Part shown: positions 38,920-49,555 of the stretch, piece by piece
Position numbering within the stretch: the stretch's first letter is position 1
Layout: each line of letters begins with the position of its first letter
Virus record (IMG/VR): IMGVR_UViG_3300031595_000166
Location: 93,263-157,262 of that record
DNA from: a virus
Strand: one strand, 5' to 3'
DNA length: 64,000 nucleotides
Translations under genes and position numbers: made by a program
The notes under the pieces: generated by a model
The model's database searches: none
The model's input: the letters and a program-made list of their open reading frames with translations, nothing else
What the model was told of the DNA's origin: nothing

Positions 38920-40137
38920 TTAGAATTGATGCGCTTCGGTGCTGTTGGCTAGGGCGGCAGTATTCCCGTGCCCATCAACAATCTGTTGAATGTCATCCCA
39001 GTATCCCGTTCCTACGAACGACTGATGTTTCACCGCAGTATAACCTTTGGTTGCTTGCCAGTCAAGCGCTTCTTGTTGAAGACGAACGAACGCTGTCATT
39101 CCTTCTGTTTGATATGCGTTAGCAAGTTTATACGATGATAGGTTGTTAGAATGAAAACTTGCAAGCGTTATGAAGTTAAAACGAAAACCTAACTCACCAA
39201 GTTTATCCTGAAACTCCGCAATCTCTTTATCAGATAGATGGCGTTTCCAGTTGAATGAAGGACTGCAATTATAAAATAGCAACTTGTCCTTAGCATGCTC
39301 ATGAACACCATGAGCGAATGCTGCCGCTTCACCTAAATCTGGCTTATCCGTTTCCATCCAAACTGCGTCGGATACACTTGCAAAACTCAACGCACGAGCA
39401 ACACTTCGCTCAACTGGATCACCTTTCAGTTCATAAAATCCATCATCCGTTCTCTTATCGAAGTTGATGAACCTATGATCTTGTGGGTCAGCGTCCGACA
39501 TAACATATTTCGATCCATTGATGTCTGTTCTGGCTACAATTAGAACCGGAACATTACACACATCGCTTGCAAGTCTCGCGCTAATCAATCGTTTTACATG
39601 CGCGCTTGTTGGAACAACGCAGCGTCCGCTCATATGTCCGCACTTTTTTTCATGCAGATCTTCAATATGAAGGCACGATGCTCCGCTCTCAATCATGTTG
39701 CGCATAAGCAAGTAGGTATTCTTTATAGTCGAAAATCCATTATCCATATCTGCAATGATAGGAACAAGCCAATTCCTCTTTGCTCCACCAGATGAATGCT
39801 CATATCGATCGGCAGCAAGCAATGCTGAGTTGAGTTCTTTTACCAAGTTAGGAACGCTCTCAGAATTATATAAGCCCATATCTGGCAATAACTGACGAGC
39901 ACTTGTCTGCCAACCACTACAATATAGTGTAGTGGCACCTGCTAACACCATCTCTATTGCTTGATTACCATCCATGCATCCTAATGATCGAAGCGGATTA
40001 GGATCAGTGTTAAAAAGATCCCATAGTCGATTGGATCCAAGGCGGGATATCGTATAATCAATATTATAACTACCACGAAGACGCTTTACATCCTCTGGTG
40101 AATAAGCACGGAATGGATTTGGCTCATACTTTGGCAT
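38920..40137 (-). CDS. aceA: Isocitrate lyase
   Basis: Y.SGWQ, PIIAD, HIED, catalytic KKCGH, ARTD, YNCSPSFNW, FITLA, VGTGY.D. Confidence 0.95.
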   Translation of the reverse strand: MPKYEPNPFRAYSPEDVKRLRGSYNIDYTISRLGSNRLWDLFNTDPNPLRSLGCMDGNQAIEMVLAGATTLYCSGWQTSARQLLPDMGLYNSESVPNLVKELNSALLAADRYEHSSGGAKRNWLVPIIADMDNGFSTIKNTYLLMRNMIESGASCLHIEDLHEKKCGHMSGRCVVPTSAHVKRLISARLASDVCNVPVLIVARTDINGSKYVMSDADPQDHRFINFDKRTDDGFYELKGDPVERSVARALSFASVSDAVWMETDKPDLGEAAAFAHGVHEHAKDKLLFYNCSPSFNWKRHLSDKEIAEFQDKLGELGFRFNFITLASFHSNNLSSYKLANAYQTEGMTAFVRLQQEALDWQATKGYTAVKHQSFVGTGYWDDIQQIVDGHGNTAALANSTEAHQF

Positions 40138-40471
40138 CTTACAACTCCCTTTATTCCTGAGGTTCTTCCTCATCATCTTCATGGACTTCTTTTACACAAC
40201 AATCTTTACTACCACAACTATCACAATAATGATTAGTATAATCAGGGTGATTGTAATTCCAGATTATCTTTCCAATTACAATTGGAATAATACCAATCAA
40301 CCACAGCATAACGATTGTCATTTCAAACAATCTTCCATATTCCGGCGCCTTGTAATACACCAATCCAGCCATCCAGAATACAATCAATGTCATCATCACT
40401 CTGTGTCTTACGAGGATATTCTTTCTAAGCCAGACATCAACGGGGTATTCTTGCCGCATATTTTGCCTATA

Positions 40472-40915
40472 CTATTCTCGCCAATTTGGCTTCGTAGTCT
40501 TGTAATCTAATGTGAAGTATGGAACATAAACATCGTGATCCACAACAATTCCAGCCTTCTTCATTGCTTCACCAACACTCTTACCAAACTGAACGCCCAA
40601 CATAGTGTCTATCTTTTTGGCTTTTTCTAAATCGCCCGGCTCTAACATCGTATGGAATAGAACACCGTAATCTGGTTGCAATGTCAATGACACTGTAATC
40701 TTAGTATTGTTATACACATTAGCACGACTGAATACTGGAACCACTAATGATGTCTTTACTGGAACCAATTTCATTCGTGTCATAGCAGCAATTACATCTG
40801 GTTCTTGTGCAATATGCTGTTGCTTTGGATCGCCCTTTGCTTTGACTTGTGGCGGTGCCATCTGTGCTTGTTTCTCGAACAATTTTGTTAGTGTGTATAG
40901 GTCTTTTGGATTCAT
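40472..40915 (-). CDS. Hypothetical protein with N-terminal DLYxxxKLFxKxA motif
   Basis: Motif shared with the kinase-like protein at 17535. Confidence 0.65.
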   Translation of the reverse strand: MNPKDLYTLTKLFEKQAQMAPPQVKAKGDPKQQHIAQEPDVIAAMTRMKLVPVKTSLVVPVFSRANVYNNTKITVSLTLQPDYGVLFHTMLEPGDLEKAKKIDTMLGVQFGKSVGEAMKKAGIVVDHDVYVPYFTLDYKTTKPNWRE

Positions 40916-41635
40916 TCTCTAATGCGAGAATATTACCGATGGTCTTCGTGATGATCATTATTGTCATGACGATCATTATCGTGATGATCTCGATGATTCA
41001 CATCTACTCTTTCGTCTACATGAACGGGATGAACTCGAAGTGATCCATCACATGCTGATGCGAGAAAGATTAGACCTAATGCTGCGAATATAATTGATGT
41101 TCTCATTGTTGCTCCAAGACAATACTGGAATGTGCATTCACTCAACTTTCCATTCAGTATTCGGCTGAGCTAATTGCCAAGTCTTTGTATTGGCTGGACA
41201 AAAAATCCTACCATCTTTTGCATCCCAATGACTATACCTAAGAAACCCGCAAGCGATACACCTATTGTTAAGAATACGATGGGGCTTATCTTTGGACAAT
41301 TGACAAACATCTGGTTCCATTTTACAATGCGGACAACTCATCCTTTTACCCCCAGCACTTCTTGCAATTATCATTTGACCAACAAAACTGTATCCATCCT
41401 AATTGAAACATACAATTCGGTCCGTCATAATAAGTGTGATAGGAACCAATACGGAAGCGTTTTGTTAGCCACATATCATATCTTGTGCAACCGCTATCGT
41501 GCCACTCTTGTGTCTTCCTATCTTGGCATTGATGAACGAAGCCAATATGATTCCATTCAATTTGGAATGACCAACGGAATGCGGAAGAATAGGATGTCCC
41601 GCGAGTTTCTGGCTCTTCTTTGAATGTGAATAGGA

Positions 41636-41950
41636 TCATGTGAGTAGTGCTAACTGACGATATGCTTCGTCTTTCGGTATGACATAATACTCATCAACGA
41701 GTGGTTCTCCTGCTAAGATATCACATAACAAACAAACTAACACTTCGTTATCATTGTATGTATTACCATCACTATCACAAGTATGACTGATATCAAACAA
41801 TGCAATTATACAATCATCATTTGAATCTCTGCCGACGCCAGCAACAATAAATCGCGCATCAGTAAATTGCATCTTGTTTTCAATCTCAATAGACTCAACT
41901 GCATAAGGATATTCTTTGCGAAGATCTTCTATACTATTGAATGTTTTCAA
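41636..41950 (-). CDS. Hypothetical protein with a weak tail motif
   Basis: Ends AYRQLALLT. Confidence 0.6.
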   Translation of the reverse strand: MKTFNSIEDLRKEYPYAVESIEIENKMQFTDARFIVAGVGRDSNDDCIIALFDISHTCDSDGNTYNDNEVLVCLLCDILAGEPLVDEYYVIPKDEAYRQLALLT

Positions 41951-42708
41951 GACAACTCCATATGTTCATCAATACCAGCAAACTCTTCCATCTCTTTCAA
42001 TACCTCTTCACTAATGCTCGTTTCCATAGAACTCTCAATACTGACACGGATCTTTGTTAGATTTGGCGGGAATGATGATGCTTTTGCGATTGTGTATTCA
42101 ATCAATTCCTGAATTGACGCAAGCTGATTCGCAATCAATTCATAATCTGCTTTGTTCTTTCTCAACAAGTCCCTATGCTTTCGCAGACGATCAAGACGTT
42201 CGTCTTCGACTGCCGTTCTATTAGTTCTCGTGCTAAGTTCATGGATCTTATAATGAAGATCATCAGGTTCTCCTACACATCCTACTAATGAGCGTGATAT
42301 TTGAACATAGACATTGAGCAGACGACGACATTCATTTACTATGAGTGTGTTTGATCTGATTGTGGATCCGAACCTGTCAATTTTTTCCTTCAATTTATTG
42401 ACTGTTGTTTGGTCGCATGCCCGAACACCTTCAATAGTTTTTAGCCATTCATCTTGGCGCTTCTGTATTTCAACATTGTCTAATTGTTTTCTAACATACT
42501 TATGAAACGTTTTCGACGTAAGCATAATCGCTAACATTAACAATTCGAGACAAACAAAACACGCGATAGGCCACCACAGTTGCCAATTGGCAACGCCAAT
42601 AATCATTGTGAAAGCTACTAATGGTAGTTGCAATGGATGCAATAATGCATGCAATAATGCATATTTTAGCCACGTGCGGAATGGAACTTTATTGTTCATA
42701 TTGTTCAT
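41947..42708 (-). CDS. Two-TM coiled-coil membrane protein
   Basis: Hydrophobic hairpin followed by a helical region. Confidence 0.65.
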   Translation of the reverse strand: MNNMNNKVPFRTWLKYALLHALLHPLQLPLVAFTMIIGVANWQLWWPIACFVCLELLMLAIMLTSKTFHKYVRKQLDNVEIQKRQDEWLKTIEGVRACDQTTVNKLKEKIDRFGSTIRSNTLIVNECRRLLNVYVQISRSLVGCVGEPDDLHYKIHELSTRTNRTAVEDERLDRLRKHRDLLRKNKADYELIANQLASIQELIEYTIAKASSFPPNLTKIRVSIESSMETSISEEVLKEMEEFAGIDEHMELS

Positions 42709-43111
42709 GGCGACTTCAATTCCTTTTAGGATTCTAATTTTCCTACGCTGACTCAACAGTAAAATTAGGAAAGACAGAGTATCCAAGTTTTTTCAACGCA
42801 TCAATTGCGTCGTGTGATACATCAACTAACATCATAGATGATCCCATTGATTGGATGACACGAACACCTTCTATATTTTGGATTGATTGCTCGAAGTTTT
42901 CAACATTGTTTTGATTATGAACGATATATTGCATTCTAATTCTCCTTTGGATTTGATGACCACATCCTAATAGCAAGGATGATGATTACTGAACTAACAA
43001 TCATTGTGCTCGATGGAATCGTATATCCTAATTTGCCAATAATGTTCTGCATCGTGAACATACAAGCGATTGTAAATACAATTCTAATTGCAAACCATAT
43101 GAGCCAACGAA

Positions 43112-43456
43112 TCATATTAGCAACAGAACTTTTTGTAGTTTCTCTTTTCCATAAATGCGTTTGTTATCGAGTTGTGGAATATAATTGCCATTGATCCAGT
43201 ATCGAGTTTCTCCATTAGCAAACTCAGTAGCAGGTCCGTCTTCTCGATGAGATTTGTCATTGAGAAACCAATATTTGTCTCCACTAGCACCCTCAATAGC
43301 AGGTCCGTCTTCTCGATGAAGCTTGCCATTGAGATACCAACATTTGTCTCCATTAGCATACTCAACAGCAGGTCCATCTTCCCGATGACGATTGCCATTG
43401 AGATACCAGCGTTTGGTTCCATTAGTATCAATTTTACATTCAGATTTATCGATCAT
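43112..43456 (-). CDS. Family B HREDGPA-repeat protein
   Basis: 3 repeats; ends KLQKVLLLI. Confidence 0.85.
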   Translation of the reverse strand: MIDKSECKIDTNGTKRWYLNGNRHREDGPAVEYANGDKCWYLNGKLHREDGPAIEGASGDKYWFLNDKSHREDGPATEFANGETRYWINGNYIPQLDNKRIYGKEKLQKVLLLI

Positions 43457-43821
43457 CCGATGTTCCTATAATAGCAATGAGCCATCATACTTCCAAGTAG
43501 AAAGAATGCAACCAACCACACTATCCAAACAGGCAGAGACCAACCGCGTGAATCCTGCTTTCTAATTGTTCGTTCGAAGCCAAAAGACTCATCACCAATC
43601 ATCGGATGTAATGAAACCCGTATAGTAGTAGCGAGTAGCAAGAGACAATGAAAGACGACATTAGTGCAGTCTTTGCAATGAACTTACCGTCTGCTGCGGT
43701 TCCAACCTTGAAGCGCATGAAACCATAGAATGCAATGTGCATAGCAACAACCAGACCAATGAGACAACTGATTGTTATAAGAAACATGTGGAGGTTCATT
43801 TGAGTTTTCCTTTGTTTGAGT

Positions 43822-44127
43822 TCATCGTAGTAGCAACAATCTATCAATTTGATCTTCTGTGATTGTGTAGCGAATTGATTTCAATATGACTCTATCTTTC
43901 GACATATTAACGATCGAGAGCCGATTGAAGTATATCTCCGTTGTATTCTTTGACGCATTGAAAATGATAGAGTATTTTCCTAAACGGATGGTATGAGATT
44001 GACTATCACCTGATCTGATGGATGATTTGAGCGATAGTGATAGACCACAAAAACATACAGATCGATGCGATAGGGTACCATCGGTATGGTATGTATCACA
44101 ACGAGGGCAGGTATAAGCATACTTCAT
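43822..44127 (-). CDS. Family A variant with tail
   Basis: CPRC..CFCG..LGKY..TEDQIDRLLLLR. Confidence 0.75.
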   Translation of the reverse strand: MKYAYTCPRCDTYHTDGTLSHRSVCFCGLSLSLKSSIRSGDSQSHTIRLGKYSIIFNASKNTTEIYFNRLSIVNMSKDRVILKSIRYTITEDQIDRLLLLR

Positions 44128-44393
44128 ATTAGTAGCAACAACTTATCTATGCGTTCAGATGTAATATCTAATGGTAATATACTATTCACTTCGGCTATTA
44201 CGATTCCACTATGCGCGCCTATTTTTTTATAAATCCACGATATACTTTTTGCAAGAAAACATTCGATCATGTATCTATCAAGATAGAACACATAGCCTCT
44301 TGTATTGTAGTATAGATCGCAACCATCACAATGATGTTGATTGTATTGATTAGGAATAGGAGCATTGCTTTTCTGACAACGATAGCAGTTCAT
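44124..44393 (-). CDS. Family A variant with tail
   Basis: CYRC..CDGC..TSERIDKLLLLI. Confidence 0.75.
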   Translation of the reverse strand: MNCYRCQKSNAPIPNQYNQHHCDGCDLYYNTRGYVFYLDRYMIECFLAKSISWIYKKIGAHSGIVIAEVNSILPLDITSERIDKLLLLI

Positions 44394-44449
44394 CGAAGCA
44401 ACATCAACTTTTCAATATCGTTCATAACTAATGCTGTGTGGTATGCCAT
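44390..44449 (-). CDS. 19-aa tail-only micro-ORF
   Basis: MAYHTALVMNDIEKLMLLR*; ATGA-coupled to the next gene; in-frame stop three codons upstream of the ATG. Confidence 0.45.
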   Translation of the reverse strand: MAYHTALVMNDIEKLMLLR

Positions 44450-44559
44450 TGTTATTTACGTAAGTGGTAATTACTTTGTGGCGCGACCAATAAAAATACC
44501 AATGCCAATTAGAACTACTGCGAAGATCATTTGACTATTCCTTTGTTGTGAGTTATGTT

Positions 44560-44618
44560 GTCCGACACGCTACAATCAAGGCACCGACGAAGGAGGATAT
44601 AACAATAGCGTGTCGAAC
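44560..44618 (-). ncRNA. Candidate structured leader/sRNA with an anti-SD loop
   Basis: 10-bp stem CGACACGCTA/TAGCGTGTCG enclosing ATCCTCCTTCGTCGGT; begins right after the promoter. Confidence 0.45.
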
Positions 44619-44624
44619 GATCTC

Positions 44625-44653
44625 AATGTAAGGCGTCCGTCGCTGGCTGTCAA
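44625..44653 (-). promoter_or_regulatory. Sigma70-type promoter
   Basis: TTGACA-N17-TACATT. Confidence 0.75.
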
Positions 44654-44657
44654 GCCC

Positions 44658-45014
44658 TTATCGAACTTCGATGTGCAAGCCGTTAGGATTCTGATGCTCT
44701 TGTGAGTGTTGCATATTCCGTTCTTCGTGCTGTCGTAATTCTTCCTGTCTTTGTTTCTCTGCTTGATCGCGTTGTTGTTTCAAACGCTCTGCCTGGTTCA
44801 ACTGTTCTTGTCGTTGTAATTGTTGTTGAACTGCGTTTTGTCTTTGTTGTTCTTGTTGAATTTGGAATTGACGATCGCGTGCTGTGTTATCAACAACGAC
44901 TGGTGCTGGCACAACCACTTGTGGTGCAGGCGCAGGTGCGGGCGCTGGCTGTGTTGAACATCCGATTGCTAACGATGCTGCGAATAATGATATGATGATT
45001 GATTTGAATTGCAT
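44658..45014 (-). CDS. Pro/Gln-rich lipoprotein
   Basis: Lipobox AIGC; PAPAP segment; Q-rich coil. Confidence 0.65.
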   Translation of the reverse strand: MQFKSIIISLFAASLAIGCSTQPAPAPAPAPQVVVPAPVVVDNTARDRQFQIQQEQQRQNAVQQQLQRQEQLNQAERLKQQRDQAEKQRQEELRQHEERNMQHSQEHQNPNGLHIEVR

Positions 45015-45028
45015 AGTATTCTCCAATG

Positions 45029-45502
45029 CAATACGAGATTGGGTATTATCGATTCCCGCCTTCTTCACCGCTCTTCTCTAAGCGTTTCATCTGCTTCCAG
45101 TCGTCATTATTTACTGTGCCAATGTAAGCCTGTATGTCTTTCCCATCAATACTTTCTCTCGATAGGAACCTCGTGTGCCCGTCTAATAGAATGAGTTTCT
45201 TTTCACTTTGAATTAGAATGATTGGCTTACAGTATCCTAACTGCATTCCGCCAGCCATCTCTTCTATCTTGCCATGACGATCGATTGCTTCCCAATCAGC
45301 ACGATCGGAAACATCAATGGATGACATTGGAACGAATATTGGACCGAACCAATCGGCTTTGTCAATCCATTTTAGCAGTTTAGGATTATATCTTGCTAAT
45401 AAGTCTGTCTTGATGATGAAGGCTAAGTCGGAACTCTTCTTGCCACGTAAGTGCATATCTTTCTTTGTTATCTTTTGCATAAGACAATACGAGATTGGGT
45501 AT
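45029..45502. repeat. 18-bp exact direct repeat CAATACGAGATTGGGTAT (45029..45046 and 45485..45502)
   Basis: Seen directly; flanks the ParB-like gene, and each copy lies upstream of a minus-strand start. Confidence 0.85.
45046..45480 (-). CDS. ParB/Srx-like domain protein
   Basis: KPIIL..LILLDGHTRF. Confidence 0.7.
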   Translation of the reverse strand: MQKITKKDMHLRGKKSSDLAFIIKTDLLARYNPKLLKWIDKADWFGPIFVPMSSIDVSDRADWEAIDRHGKIEEMAGGMQLGYCKPIILIQSEKKLILLDGHTRFLSRESIDGKDIQAYIGTVNNDDWKQMKRLEKSGEEGGNR

Positions 45503-45826
45503 ATAGATTGGGCAGATCGGTTCCGTTCTAATTTTAGTTCTGTCTGTTCTTGACTTGCAGAATAATGGTTCTTGCCTGATTGCAAAAATCCATATACTGC
45601 TTCATCATTGCTTTCACCATATCGCCTTGTCTATTATACTCTGCCGTAATGTTCTCAATAAACACATCAAGGATTTTGACCGCCTTGTCTGCTGGGAATA
45701 GTTTGTCTTGCACGACAACAATAAGTTCGCTTATCTTTTCGACCATCATCTTGCCTGATTGTTCGAGACGCTGAAACTCTTGTGTTTGTGATAGTTGTGT
45801 ATCGTTAGACATTTTGATTGTTCCTT

Positions 45827-46036
45827 TTAGGATAGGAGTAGGAGTTTTTCAATTCGTTCCGCTGTAAGAAAGACAAGTCCATCTAAATCCAAAAGAACAG
45901 AGATTGGCGCATATGATGCAACTATTGTGCAACCTTTATCTATATCCACTGAATAGATTACGTGATACTTATGATTAATAGTATGACCACATGCACCGTA
46001 CGAGCGCATAATACCATTACATATTGGGCAATTCAT
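45827..46036 (-). CDS. Family A small Zn-binding protein
   Basis: CPIC..CGHTINHKY..ERIEKLLLLS. Confidence 0.8.
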   Translation of the reverse strand: MNCPICNGIMRSYGACGHTINHKYHVIYSVDIDKGCTIVASYAPISVLLDLDGLVFLTAERIEKLLLLS

Positions 46037-46317
46037 TTGAGTAATAAGAGTTTCTCAACCCTATCCATAGTCATAGGAACGAAGCCATCAAGCGTTAGGA
46101 TTGTTCTAATCTTTGTGCTGAGCATAGCATCACTATTGTATAGTGGTAGACGATCCCAAGTATATGTTATGTGCTTTACTTCCGTCTTACCATTCGCCGT
46201 GTAGCAGACATAGTATTGATCTTTACCTAAAAGATCTGAAAGACGGTGCGGATGGGAATCATACCAAGTATCCTGCTGGATGGAACCATTACATACTGGG
46301 CATTGTAGTGTTTTCAT
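46033..46317 (-). CDS. Family A small Zn-binding protein
   Basis: CPVC..HPH..DRVEKLLLLK. Confidence 0.8.
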   Translation of the reverse strand: MKTLQCPVCNGSIQQDTWYDSHPHRLSDLLGKDQYYVCYTANGKTEVKHITYTWDRLPLYNSDAMLSTKIRTILTLDGFVPMTMDRVEKLLLLK

Positions 46318-46601
46318 TCCATAGAACTTCCGCCAGCAGACTTCCAATCATCAAGACTAACTTTTCTCCAATCAATTTTGTTTCCATAACTGGAATGGAT
46401 ACGATCTTGAAGCCACACATTACCACAATGCTTGCAACGGTAGAGCGTGCCTATTGGCTTATCGAAGAATGGAAACTTACAAGAGTGTAATGATGCCTGA
46501 TGCTTTGGCTTTTGTGGCTTGATGATACCATAGTAGCGTGAACGAGGAAGCGTTATAATAAACCATAGACCGTATAGTATGAGCCCAATAGAGATTAGCA
46601 T
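46314..46601 (-). CDS. TM-anchored Zn-ribbon protein (paralog pair, copy 2)
   Basis: HSCKFPFF.KPIGTLYRCKHC..VSLDDW..AGG. Confidence 0.7.
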   Translation of the reverse strand: MLISIGLILYGLWFIITLPRSRYYGIIKPQKPKHQASLHSCKFPFFDKPIGTLYRCKHCGNVWLQDRIHSSYGNKIDWRKVSLDDWKSAGGSSME

Positions 46602-46605
46602 TTGG

Positions 46606-46908
46606 TTATTCCTTTGTTCCGCCAGCACGGAGCCAGTCATCAAGACTTACTTGATCCCATTCAGTGCAATAGTATTGTGCCTTATAATACAGATACCTTG
46701 AACGATATACTTGATGACAATTATTACAACGGTATAGAGTTCCTGCTGGCTTGGGAAAGAACGGCATCTTGCAGATATGTTGTTTTGGTTGCTTTGACTT
46801 TTGTGGGCGGATGATGCCATAGATGCCATTGTTAGGCTGTCGCATGGAACTAACAAGCCAGATAGCGAATGATGTTAGCAATGCGAAGCATATAATATCG
46901 ATGAACAT
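46606..46908 (-). CDS. TM-anchored Zn-ribbon protein (paralog pair, copy 1)
   Basis: HICKMPFF.KPAGTLYRCNNC..VSLDDW..AGG. Confidence 0.7.
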   Translation of the reverse strand: MFIDIICFALLTSFAIWLVSSMRQPNNGIYGIIRPQKSKQPKQHICKMPFFPKPAGTLYRCNNCHQVYRSRYLYYKAQYYCTEWDQVSLDDWLRAGGTKE

Positions 46909-46925
46909 TTGATTGTGTTCCTTTG

Positions 46926-47132
46926 TTATTTGAGGAGTAGGAGTTTATTGATTCGTTCCACTGTAAGAATGACCAGTCCTTGCACTTCTAATACAATAGA
47001 ATACACTGGCTCGTATGATATGATCATTGTTCTTCCGTTTTTTAGATTATCAACATATGCAACACGCATATTGTGATTCAAACGATGGATGCACGAGCCC
47101 CATATCTTCTCATTACATTGGGGGCAATTCAT
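46926..47132 (-). CDS. Family A small Zn-binding protein
   Basis: CPQC..CIH..ERINKLLLLK. Confidence 0.8.
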   Translation of the reverse strand: MNCPQCNEKIWGSCIHRLNHNMRVAYVDNLKNGRTMIISYEPVYSIVLEVQGLVILTVERINKLLLLK

Positions 47133-47305
47133 TTTTGAACATACGGTGAGACGAATGCAGCGAGCGCAAGTATGGCGAAGAACGTTGTGATGAGTAGGAA
47201 GCCTTGTAGTTTCATTTGATTTGTGTTCCTTGTGTGTTGTTGTTTTTGATATGCCCCGCCCTTACACTCGCTCGCATTGATTGGATGAATGCAAGAGCGG
47301 GGAGA

Positions 47306-49555
47306 TCAATTACATTGAGACTTCTTATGATCTTCTTTTTCCTCCGAACGAAAACGAGTAATAGCGTCAGTAATTTCCATCTGATCTTCAATACCGAAAC
47401 TATCAAGCAATGCCTCAATAATTTCCACTGGCAATCCTACCATATCTACCTTCTCTTTATTCGCACGAAGGTTATTACGAAGATCTTCATACGATTTATC
47501 CTTCGTCGTATATAGATACGTCTGCAACAATACTTTCAGCGCTCTTCTAACCTCTTCTTCGGTTAGTTCTTTCAGTTTCTCTTCTTTGCTCTTACCTTCA
47601 CCAACATTACCAGATTGGTTAGAATTCTGACCATTCGGCGCATCCTTATCTTCATTCACAACGGCAGAGTTATTACTCATCTTAGGTGCCTTTGCGAAGT
47701 TAGATATGGCATTAATCAACTCATCATTCAATGAGATACCAAGTCTACTAACAAGTGAATTTACTCCTGCAAGCCCAGTGGATACTTGGAATGAAGTGGC
47801 TTGTGCAATAAGTTCATCTACATCCTTGTCCTTCAAGGAATTGCCTTCATAAAACGGATTGAAGACGCTTAGCAATTCCCTGAATACGTCCTTCACATTA
47901 GTGCCAGATGCAATAGCTTGTGCCTTTGCAAGCTTATAGATGTGTCTAAGTGTTCGGTTCAAGCTGAAGTCGAATACATAACACTCATTCTTGACATCGC
48001 GGTAAGGCGTTTGAATACGGAAAATGAATTGGAAGTATTGCCAAGCAGATTCCATATCACATAGATTGAGAACGGCGCCCCATTGTTGAATGGAAACTCC
48101 GTGCGTCAATTTACCACACGTAAGGGTAATCGTTCCCTTAGCAGATGACTTGGCGATTACAATTTTGGTAATTGCATCACGAACGTTATTAGCAGTTTCA
48201 GGACTTTCACCATCATTATCACCTGCTGCAACAACGACATCGTAATGTTTGAAGACCAGATGTTTGGACAACAATTTCTTCAAGAGTTTGCATTCATCAA
48301 CGCCCGGCAATAGCCATAGCGTATGATGACGGTTATTAGGATCATATCCTTGTTCTGAGTTTTGCCGTGAGAATGGCATAACCCTTCCCGAAGATATCGT
48401 ATCGAGTAATAATTCAACGGCGGTAGCATTCACGAACTTATCTTCGAAGGTGCGGAAGAGTTTAGTGAACGTAAATCCTTCCTTGGGATCGAAGTCTTGT
48501 AGATCTTTATACCCTTCTTCGGCAAGTTTCATAACCTTGATACGAAGAGGGGATAGCCAGTAGTAGTGCCCATACTTACGAGCATTGACCTCACCAATAC
48601 GATTAATCTCACGTTGACGAGCACGCTGCTCATCCAAGTATGACCAAGTGTATTTGGCGCCAGAGAACTTATCACGAAGCAAAAACTTGAATGGCGTTCC
48701 AGACAAGTAGAGCATCTTATACTTGTCAGTAAGTAGCTTCAAGTTTTTACGGAAACGATCCGTATCAATGCCAACGTGGCATTCATCAGCAATGATGAAA
48801 ATCTCCTTGCCAATAAGCGATGCCCACTTCTTAGGATACTTCTCAAAATCGAAGTATTGCGTTGATGAGAAAATGATGGTTGGCTTAGTTAGATCGAGAC
48901 GAAGAGAACCGTCAGGATTAAGATCAGTTTCGTCCTTCATATGTATCACGTTATCATAACCAAGAAAAGAACCTTCGGGTGCGAAGGCAACGTGGTCAAT
49001 ACCTTCTTTCCAAGCATCAATCGTATCAGTTGGTCGGTTAGTTAGAATGAGAACGATAGGTGCATTGAGTGCTTTGGTGAGCAAGTAAGAACAAAACGTT
49101 TTACCAAAACGCATCTTAGCATCCCATAGAAACTCAGACTTGAATGATGCTCGTTGGAAGAACTCGGTTGTCTTAGTTAGACATTCGATTTGTTCTTCAC
49201 GTGGTGCGAAGGTGTTAAGCTTGCCTGCGAATTGCCCATTGATGAACCGTTGAATTGCTTCAATGATGATAGGATATTCCTCAACACGAAGCTCAACGGA
49301 TTCCCTACCAGCAGAATGCTTGGGAAGAAAGACGCACGTATCCCGAAACTTAGCACGAAGGAAGTCGTGAATTGGTGTGTCAGTTTGAGCATACTTGAAT
49401 GTTTTGAGAACCTTTACATCTTGCCCAAGCCAACGCTTTGCTTCATTGAGACGAATGCGAATCTGACCGTCTTGATGAACGAAGCCAACCTTGATTGACA
49501 TCCGTGGATCTTTGATCGTGGTCGGATCTTTGCCGATGACGTAAATGGTATTCAT
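47306..49555 (-). CDS. Restriction-type SF2 helicase/ATPase with an N-terminal GIY-YIG-like nuclease
   Basis: IYVI..IKVGF..R; Walker A AKMRFGKT; DECH; LSGTP; LTHGVSI; FRIQTP. Confidence 0.85.
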   Translation of the reverse strand: MNTIYVIGKDPTTIKDPRMSIKVGFVHQDGQIRIRLNEAKRWLGQDVKVLKTFKYAQTDTPIHDFLRAKFRDTCVFLPKHSAGRESVELRVEEYPIIIEAIQRFINGQFAGKLNTFAPREEQIECLTKTTEFFQRASFKSEFLWDAKMRFGKTFCSYLLTKALNAPIVLILTNRPTDTIDAWKEGIDHVAFAPEGSFLGYDNVIHMKDETDLNPDGSLRLDLTKPTIIFSSTQYFDFEKYPKKWASLIGKEIFIIADECHVGIDTDRFRKNLKLLTDKYKMLYLSGTPFKFLLRDKFSGAKYTWSYLDEQRARQREINRIGEVNARKYGHYYWLSPLRIKVMKLAEEGYKDLQDFDPKEGFTFTKLFRTFEDKFVNATAVELLLDTISSGRVMPFSRQNSEQGYDPNNRHHTLWLLPGVDECKLLKKLLSKHLVFKHYDVVVAAGDNDGESPETANNVRDAITKIVIAKSSAKGTITLTCGKLTHGVSIQQWGAVLNLCDMESAWQYFQFIFRIQTPYRDVKNECYVFDFSLNRTLRHIYKLAKAQAIASGTNVKDVFRELLSVFNPFYEGNSLKDKDVDELIAQATSFQVSTGLAGVNSLVSRLGISLNDELINAISNFAKAPKMSNNSAVVNEDKDAPNGQNSNQSGNVGEGKSKEEKLKELTEEEVRRALKVLLQTYLYTTKDKSYEDLRNNLRANKEKVDMVGLPVEIIEALLDSFGIEDQMEITDAITRFRSEEKEDHKKSQCN

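Noticed and set aside
47138-47170. TTGCGC..TATGTT promoter candidate
   Set aside because: Spacing is 20 bp and it lies inside a plausible micro-ORF.
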